NCBI GenBank assembly: GCA_020427265.1
Contig: JAGQOS010000003.1
Coordinates: 1-34,275, forward strand
Length of the DNA: 34,275 nt
Direction of reading: 5' to 3'
From: Planctomycetales bacterium
GTDB taxonomy: Bacteria; Planctomycetota; Planctomycetia; Pirellulales; JAGQOS01
Notes under the pieces: generated by a model
The model's database searches: none
What the model was told of the DNA's origin: nothing
The model's input: the letters and a program-made list of their open reading frames with translations, nothing else
Translations under genes and position numbers: made by a program
Shown: piece after piece, positions 28,249-34,275 of the stretch
How positions within the stretch are numbered: position 1 is the stretch's first letter
Layout of the letters: the number at the start of each line of letters is the position of its first letter

Positions 28249-29928
28249 TTGCCGCCTGCCCCGACCATCCTCGCATTTCTCTTTCGCAGCGCCAAACAGC
28301 ATGCCGACGCGCCGGCCATTTGGGGTGTGGTTGAAGATCGCCTGGAGCCAGTCACCTGGAGCGAGTTGCTCGGCGATGTCTCGCGACTGGCCGCGGCGCT
28401 GCGGTTGGCCAACATCGAACCCGGCGACCGAGTCGCAACGATTGCCGACAATCGGTATGAATGGATCGTTGCCGATCTGGGAATACTGCTGGCCCGCGCG
28501 GTCCATGTGCCAATTCACACGTCGCTCTCCGGCGAACAGATCACCTACCAACTCCTGCACAGCGGTGCGAAAATCGCGATCCTGGGCGGACAAGATCAAG
28601 CCGAAAAGCTTGCCCCGTACGCCGAGCGTTTGGCCGACGAGTGCCGTTTTTTCACCATCGAGCCGTTCAAAAAAATGGAACGCCACGCGCCGATCATCGA
28701 ACGACTCGCGGAGTTGGTCGCCGAAAGCGTGACCGCCGGAGCGTCGTTCGATGCCGCACGCGAGGCCGCCAAGATTGTCTCGGGCGACCTGGCGACGATC
28801 ATGTACACATCGGGAACCACTGGCGAGCCAAAGGGCGTGATGCTCAGTCATGGCAATCTGGCGAGCAATGCCTGGGCGACGGCCACGTCGTACGACGAAC
28901 CGAGCGACGAAATGCGGCTGTGCCTGCTGCCGCTCTCGCACATTTACGGTCGCACGTGCGACCTCTACTGCTGGCTCGCACGCGGAACGCAAATGGCTCT
29001 GGCCCGCAGTCGCGAGACGGTGCTTGAAGACGCTCAAATCGTCAAACCGACGGTGATCAATGCGGTTCCCTATTTTTACGAACGCGTCTATCGGCGGCTT
29101 CGCGAACAGTCGGTCGCCGACAAACCCGGCGTGCTCAAGCGAGTTTTGGGGGGCCGAATTCGCACATGCTTCTCTGGCGGCGCCGCGCTGCCGCAATCGG
29201 TCGCTAAATTCTTTCGCCAGCAACAACTCGCGCTCTTCGACGGCTACGGCCTGAGTGAAGCCTCGCCGGTGGTCGCCATTTCGACGCGCAAGGCGAGCCG
29301 CGAAGGAACCGTAGGCCAGCCCCTCACCGATGTCGAAGTGAAGATCGCGCCCGACGGCGAAGTCTTGACCAAGGGACCGCACGTCATGCTCGGCTATTGG
29401 GACGACCCGCAGGCGACCGCCGCCGCGATGGAAAACGGTTGGCTCAAGACGGGTGACTTGGGCGCGATCGACGACGACGGGTTTCTCAAGATTACCGGGC
29501 GCAAAAAAGAGTTGATCGTGCTCTCGACGGGCAAGAATGTCGCGCCCACGCAAATCGAACGCCTGCTGGTCGACTCGCCGCTGATCGCCCTAGCGCTGGT
29601 TCTTGGCGACGGCCGGCCGTTTCTCTCCGCGCTAATTGCCCCCGATCCCGAGCGGCTAAGACTTGAAATGCGCGAACGGGGCATTCATGCATTTACTCGC
29701 AAAGGAGTGCTCGCGCATGCGCGCGTGCGCGACCTGTATCGCCACGAGATCGCCCGCATCCTTAAGAACTGCGCACGGCACGAACAAATCGGGGCGTTTA
29801 CGCTGATAGGCCGCGCGTTTTCGCTCGAGCAGGGCGAAATGACACCCAAGGGAAGTTTTCGCCGAGAAGTGATTGCCGAGAATTTCGCAGCCGAGATTGA
29901 AGCTATGTATCGCGAGGAAAAGCCGTAG
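28249..29928 (+). CDS. fadD: Long-chain-fatty-acid--CoA ligase (AMP-dependent synthetase)
   Basis: AMP-binding motif IMYTSGTTGEPKGVMLSHGNL and the TGD...GRKKELIV region are present. The ORF frame opens inside fadA, so I chose the first in-frame start after the fadA stop (TTG 28249), which starts 3 nt after the fadA stop at 28246; the exact start is uncertain. Confidence 0.85.
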   Translation: MPPAPTILAFLFRSAKQHADAPAIWGVVEDRLEPVTWSELLGDVSRLAAALRLANIEPGDRVATIADNRYEWIVADLGILLARAVHVPIHTSLSGEQITYQLLHSGAKIAILGGQDQAEKLAPYAERLADECRFFTIEPFKKMERHAPIIERLAELVAESVTAGASFDAAREAAKIVSGDLATIMYTSGTTGEPKGVMLSHGNLASNAWATATSYDEPSDEMRLCLLPLSHIYGRTCDLYCWLARGTQMALARSRETVLEDAQIVKPTVINAVPYFYERVYRRLREQSVADKPGVLKRVLGGRIRTCFSGGAALPQSVAKFFRQQQLALFDGYGLSEASPVVAISTRKASREGTVGQPLTDVEVKIAPDGEVLTKGPHVMLGYWDDPQATAAAMENGWLKTGDLGAIDDDGFLKITGRKKELIVLSTGKNVAPTQIERLLVDSPLIALALVLGDGRPFLSALIAPDPERLRLEMRERGIHAFTRKGVLAHARVRDLYRHEIARILKNCARHEQIGAFTLIGRAFSLEQGEMTPKGSFRREVIAENFAAEIEAMYREEKP

Positions 29929-30172
29929 TCGACCGCGAAATCGGCGCAATCGCTACGTTCGTTCCTTCCCATTCCGTAGTTTTGACCTGCCTTGGACTGC
30001 GACGTATAAACCCTTGGGAATTTATTGCTAGCAAGGGATTCCGTTCGAGCGAATCAAGCCTCGAAGGAAGCCTGTGCGGAATGAATACTTTGCATTCGCA
30101 CAACCAACTCGCTAGCAGGCCCCTGGATTTCCGCACAAGCCATCCGCCTCGCGACTGAATTGAACACCTGTG

Positions 30173-32143
30173 ATGGACAACGAAGTCACTTCCACCGATT
30201 CGGCTGCCAGCCGATCCCAAACGCTCCGCCAAACGCTCGCACGCACGCGGGAAGAAGCGGAACGCGCGATCGCCCAGCGCCGCGAACAGTGGCATTTGCT
30301 CGAGCAACAACTCGATGCTCAGCTGGCAACGGTTTCCACGGCCATCAAAGAGCAAATCGAGGAGAACGCGTCGCGTGGCGTTGCCCTCGATGAACATCGC
30401 GACGAGTACCTTGCCCAACGTGAGCAACTCGAACAACGCCACGATGAACTCGCATCGCGAAGCGCCGAACTGGAGCGTTTTCGAGAGGAATTGACTCGGC
30501 AACGCGACGAATTCGCGGCAAATCAGGCCGATTGGAATCGGCACGTCGAACAGATGCAAACCGAGCAACATGAACTCGCACAGCATCTCCAGGACACCCA
30601 AGACGCACTCGAACAACAGCAAGCGGAGCTTGCCCGGCGTGCGGAGGAAACACACGCCGAAGCCGAGAAACTAGCGCAGACCCGTACCGAATTTGCGACC
30701 GAGCGACAAGCAGTAGAACAGGACGCGGTCCAAGTCGAGGAGTTGCGCGCCAAGATCGAACGCCAGCGCCGGGAACTGGACGAACGACGCGACGCCACGA
30801 AGTCGCAACGCGAGCGGGTCGCGGCACATTTGCGCGAGCAGCGGAAAGCGTTTCTCGAAGAGATCTCCCAGCGTCGCGAAGAGTTGAAAATGGACTCGCG
30901 CGAGACCGATTCGGCGCTCGCCACACTGCGGGAAGAACTCCGCGAAACTCGTGAATCGCTGCACGAGGCCCAGGAAGAACTGGAACAACGCGATTCGCAG
31001 CGCGAAATCGACCAAAAGCAGCGCGACGCGGATGCGGCGGAGCTGGAGGCCTCGCACGCGGCGCATCAGGAATTGCAACAGCAACTAACCGATCTCCGTG
31101 CCGAACGCGACGCGCTGGCCAGCCAAGCCTCCGAACTAAAGGCAGCCGTTGCGCAGACCTCTGCCGACGAAGGCCGGGAACTAGAACTACAGTCGCTCCG
31201 CGACCAGCGCGAGACTCTCGCCACGAAGGCCGATCAACTCGAAGCGCAGTGCGTCGCCACACAAGCCGAGTTTAAAGCCCGAGTTGATGAACTGCTGAAA
31301 GAACGCGCCTCGCTGCAAGATCGGCTGGCGGAACTAGAAACCGTTCCTTCCACGGCCGATGACAGCGAGGCGCTGCAGTCGCAAATCGAGGAACTCAGCC
31401 GTGAGCGCGACGCACTGGTCGAACGACTGACCGAAATAGAGAACCGTCCTGCGAATGAATCCGGCGATCAAGAGCTTCAGTCGCAACTCGAAGAGTTGCA
31501 GCGGCGTTTCGAAATTGCGATGCACGACGTGCGTGAACTCAAGCTGCAAAATGCGGAACTCGAAGAAGAGCTTGCTTCAGCCAAGGATCATACGACAAGC
31601 AGCAGTTCGGCCGGTGACAGCAGCGGCTCAATGGATTGGGAAGAACAGAAACGCAAGCTGCTAGCGGCCTTGGAGGAAGAGTACGACGAGGAAGATGAGG
31701 ACGACGCGCGCGATCGCTTAACGATCGAGGGCACAATCCAAATTACAGACGAAGTCGTGGAAGAAAAAGACAAGGAAATCGCCGAACTTAAGCGTCTGCT
31801 CGACGAGCAGTCGAGTCACGTCGGCGACATGGCGGTCGGCGCCGCCGCGATCGCCGGCATGCTCGACACGAACGAATTGGTGCAGCAGGAACGAGACCGG
31901 CTGGCAAGGTTGCAGACGGAATGGGAAGAGAAACTGCGCACGGCGGAAATCGACATCTCCGTCGAGCGAGCCAAAATCGCGAGGGAACGCACGGCGCTCG
32001 ATGAAAAGCTGCGCAACGTGGAAGCAAAGCTGGCGGATCTCCAACAACGCGAGGGCGCTAACACGGCCCCGGAAGGCGAAACCAAGCCAACACGCGGACG
32101 CTGGCTCTCGCGACTGGGACTCGCCGGCTCAGACGACGAATAG
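30173..32143 (+). CDS. Large (657 aa) highly charged coiled-coil protein (E/R/Q/A/L-rich; SMC/myosin-tail-like heptads) with an acidic patch (EEEYDEEDEDDARD)
   Basis: Nearly the whole protein is helical low-complexity (…EQLEQRHDELASRSAELERFREELTRQRDEF…) with no TM segment or recognisable enzymatic motif. GTG 30170 is an alternative start. Confidence 0.6.
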   Translation: MDNEVTSTDSAASRSQTLRQTLARTREEAERAIAQRREQWHLLEQQLDAQLATVSTAIKEQIEENASRGVALDEHRDEYLAQREQLEQRHDELASRSAELERFREELTRQRDEFAANQADWNRHVEQMQTEQHELAQHLQDTQDALEQQQAELARRAEETHAEAEKLAQTRTEFATERQAVEQDAVQVEELRAKIERQRRELDERRDATKSQRERVAAHLREQRKAFLEEISQRREELKMDSRETDSALATLREELRETRESLHEAQEELEQRDSQREIDQKQRDADAAELEASHAAHQELQQQLTDLRAERDALASQASELKAAVAQTSADEGRELELQSLRDQRETLATKADQLEAQCVATQAEFKARVDELLKERASLQDRLAELETVPSTADDSEALQSQIEELSRERDALVERLTEIENRPANESGDQELQSQLEELQRRFEIAMHDVRELKLQNAELEEELASAKDHTTSSSSAGDSSGSMDWEEQKRKLLAALEEEYDEEDEDDARDRLTIEGTIQITDEVVEEKDKEIAELKRLLDEQSSHVGDMAVGAAAIAGMLDTNELVQQERDRLARLQTEWEEKLRTAEIDISVERAKIARERTALDEKLRNVEAKLADLQQREGANTAPEGETKPTRGRWLSRLGLAGSDDE

Positions 32144-32253
32144 TTCGAGTCGAGCTTAACTGTAGCGTTTCCGGCGACATTTTTGCGAGCATTTCCCGAC
32201 GAAACGACGCTACACTTTCGTTGGATGCGCTCCAAGTACCGGTATTCGCCGAG

Positions 32254-32769
32254 CTAACGGTGGGCCGATGCCTGGGAACTCTGGGCATTCAAATGCAACG
32301 TCGCCTCCACTTCGGCAAGCGATTTCGACGTGCGATGCGCAATCGTCGCCGCACTAAAGCCCTGGGCGGCCAACTTGAGAATCTCGATCTCGTCGCTCGC
32401 CGGCAGTTCGCGCTCGTCGCTGGCTGGCTCAGCACCGGCTTTCTGCACAGGGGAGGTTGAATCGGCCTTCAATTGCTCGAGCGTTTCAATACGCTCGTCG
32501 GCCTGGCGGATCAACTGCAGCAACGCCGCCATTTTAGTATCAAGCCGCGCCGACAACTCGCGATGCAACTCCTGCATTTCGACCTGGAATCGCAATAACT
32601 GCGCCGGTTCCTTGCCCAATGCCCCAGGCATCGGCGTCGATGCCTGCGTCTGGAGTCGCTGGTCCGAGCGGCGTCGCTTTGCCAATCGACGCATCAACAG
32701 GAACGTGGCCAGCGCCACGCCGGCAAGCAAAGGCAACGAGGCGGCCACCGAAGCCAAGGGAAATATCAT
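32254..32769 (-). CDS. Small membrane-anchored protein: N-terminal TM helix, coiled-coil, C-terminal HTH-like segment
   Basis: TM IFPLASVAASLPLLAGVALATFLLM, then the helical LLRFQVEMQELHRELSARLD...IETLEQL. The C-terminal DEIEILKLAAQGFSAATIAHRTSKSLAEVEATL looks like a LuxR/sigma-region-4-type HTH. Its start overlaps the larC stop by 4 bp. Confidence 0.5.
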   Translation of the reverse strand: MIFPLASVAASLPLLAGVALATFLLMRRLAKRRRSDQRLQTQASTPMPGALGKEPAQLLRFQVEMQELHRELSARLDTKMAALLQLIRQADERIETLEQLKADSTSPVQKAGAEPASDERELPASDEIEILKLAAQGFSAATIAHRTSKSLAEVEATLHLNAQSSQASAHR

Positions 32770-33941
32770 GTCTTCCTCCGCGTTTCGGCTCGCTTGGCCT
32801 GCTGATACACATCGGGCAGCGGGACGTTTCGCTCTTGCGCCAAACGACGCGCGGATTCAAATTCAGGTGCGCAATGATCGCGTCCGTCGGGCGTTTGCCA
32901 GCGCACGCCGTCGACCGGCCCCCAGGGCGTTTCGAGCACGGTGGCTTCCCGCTCGACCGTTGTTCGCTCGACCGGCCAGCGTCGGATTCCCAGCGTGGTT
33001 GTCTCGCGAAATAGCACCGTCTCGACTTGCGACACGGTCGCCTCGTTGCAGAGCACAACGAGCTTGACACCCGGACGGTTCTTCTTCATCTGAATGGACG
33101 ATGTCGTGACATCGAGCGCTCCGGCTTGCCAGAGAAGTTCGACGGCGTGTCCAATCCATTCGCCGCTACAGTCGTCGAGATTCGTCTCGATTTGCCAAAC
33201 ACGGTTGGCGACAGCCGGTTTGTTGGCCGCCTCGCCAACGAGCAAACGCAGCACATTGGCCCGATCGTCTAATTCGCGCGTGCCCGCGCCGTAGCCGATC
33301 GAGTCGACTGCCATCGCCGGCAGCGGCCCAAAGGATTCCACGAGTGTCGCCAGAATCGCGGCGCCGGTCGGTGTGGTCAGCTCGAACGGCGTTTGACAGT
33401 CGGCCAGCGGAATTCCCATGAGTAACTCTGCGGTTGCCGGCGCGGGAATCGCGCAGCGGCCGTGAGCGATTTCGATCGATCCGGCGCCGGTCGGCACGGG
33501 CGACGCGATCACGCGATCGACCGCCAGCAGATCCCAACCGATGGCCGAACCCACGATGTCGGCGATCGAGTCGACTGCGCCGACCTCGTGAAAGTGAACC
33601 TTTTCGACCGTCGTGCCATGAACCTTGGCTTCGGCCTCGGCCAACTTCAGAAAGATGCGCTTGGCAAGGTCCTGCTGGCGCCCGGTAAGCGCGCTGCCTT
33701 CGATGAGGCCGACAATGTGACTCAAATGCCGATGAGCGTGTTCCGGCTCGTGCTCCACATTCACATGAAGCGCCCGGAACCCTTTGCGTTTGGTCTCTTC
33801 GGCAACCAGCAGACAATTGGGCAATTGCAATGAATCGACGCCGCGCTGAATGGCTTCGAGCGCTACACCGGCGTCGACAAGCGCGCCGAGCATCATGTCG
33901 CCGCTAATGCCGCTAGCACAATCGAGATAGGCGATTCGCAT
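32766..33941 (-). CDS. larC: LarC-family nickel-insertion protein (nickel-pincer cofactor biosynthesis; DUF111)
   Basis: MRIAYLDCASGISGDMMLGALVDAGV...HVNVEHEPEHAHRHLSHI...HFHEVGAVDSIADIVG matches the LarC N-terminal signature. Start chosen at MRIAYLD (392 aa) rather than the ORF extension to 34217. Confidence 0.85.
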   Translation of the reverse strand: MRIAYLDCASGISGDMMLGALVDAGVALEAIQRGVDSLQLPNCLLVAEETKRKGFRALHVNVEHEPEHAHRHLSHIVGLIEGSALTGRQQDLAKRIFLKLAEAEAKVHGTTVEKVHFHEVGAVDSIADIVGSAIGWDLLAVDRVIASPVPTGAGSIEIAHGRCAIPAPATAELLMGIPLADCQTPFELTTPTGAAILATLVESFGPLPAMAVDSIGYGAGTRELDDRANVLRLLVGEAANKPAVANRVWQIETNLDDCSGEWIGHAVELLWQAGALDVTTSSIQMKKNRPGVKLVVLCNEATVSQVETVLFRETTTLGIRRWPVERTTVEREATVLETPWGPVDGVRWQTPDGRDHCAPEFESARRLAQERNVPLPDVYQQAKRAETRRKT

Positions 33942-34146
33942 GGTTGGATTCCGGAAAGAGCGATCGCATTGTATGCCGTTTTTCCTCGACAAAACAAGGC
34001 CGACCGACTCGTCTTCCTTGCGCTCGGCACCGTCGATATACTTCTCAGCCGTCTCCGAATTGTCCCTGGCGAGAAATATTGAATTGCCTGACAAGTTGCT
34101 ACAATCCGCGACTCGTTCGAACACCTGGGGCAGTTTGCCTGCTGTG

Positions 34147-34275
34147 ATGAAGCTGTTGGCGATTTCGGCCGATGAGTCGGCCGCTATCTGGCTGCGCGAA
34201 GCGCTGCGCGCCGACAACGCAACCGACGTTCACCTAGCTAGCGAAACGCGCAGCGCCGCGGCGATGGCGCGATTG
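34147..34275 (+). CDS. 5' fragment of a gene running off the window end (MKLLAISADESAAIWLREAL...), possibly a receiver-domain-like N-terminus
   Basis: ATG at 34147 with an open frame to the window end (43 codons). It is divergent from larC. MKLLAISADE loosely resembles a response-regulator start; this is very tentative. Confidence 0.25.
   Translation, partial: MKLLAISADESAAIWLREALRADNATDVHLASETRSAAAMARL

Noticed and set aside
30009-30100. Imperfect palindromes (CCCTTGGGAAT...CAAGGGATTCC; TGCGGAATG...CATTCGCA) in the 240-bp region upstream of the coiled-coil gene
   Set aside because: The stems are imperfect and short. They could be promoter or operator elements but are not distinguishable from chance without comparative data.
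1-34275. Search for tRNA/rRNA genes, CRISPR repeats, transposases, integrases and phage genes
   Set aside because: No cloverleaf-compatible segments were found in the few intergenic gaps longer than 100 bp. There are no regularly spaced repeats and no transposase or integrase-like translations in any frame.

Overview
This 34.3 kb window is high-GC, gene-dense bacterial chromosome with about 27 complete protein-coding genes and fragments of two more at the edges. I found no rRNA, tRNA, CRISPR array, transposase or integrase. The protein repertoire (TM-anchored TPR and HEAT proteins, a secreted parallel beta-helix repeat protein, a 657-aa acidic coiled-coil protein, little Shine-Dalgarno signal) suggests a Planctomycetota-like genome, but that is inference from composition only. 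The recognisable content is mostly housekeeping. There is a GGDEF diguanylate cyclase, unlinked xseA, an E. coli-like xseB-ispA-dxs operon extended by nadK, an SDR oxidoreductase, a membrane-anchored TAXI-type TRAP solute receptor, an FmdB zinc ribbon, a NAD(P)H-hydrate epimerase, a D-lactate dehydrogenase, a fadB-fadA-fadD beta-oxidation operon and a LarC nickel-insertion protein. Less ordinary items are: (i) a diadenylate-cyclase (DAC) domain protein with a soluble, unassigned ~170-aa N-terminal domain and an RHR->RHW change; (ii) an SPFH/band-7 protein with a C-terminal alpha/beta domain, 12 bp from a small helical partner gene and upstream of an orphan two-domain ABC permease; (iii) a secreted ceramidase-like hydrolase and ldhA transcribed divergently from the fad operon, with a structured 370-bp intergenic region; (iv) a TM/coiled-coil/HTH-like protein whose stop overlaps the larC start by 4 bp, convergent with the giant coiled-coil gene; (v) several short direct and inverted repeats in intergenic regions. 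Every call is by eye from the six-frame translations; no database search was possible.
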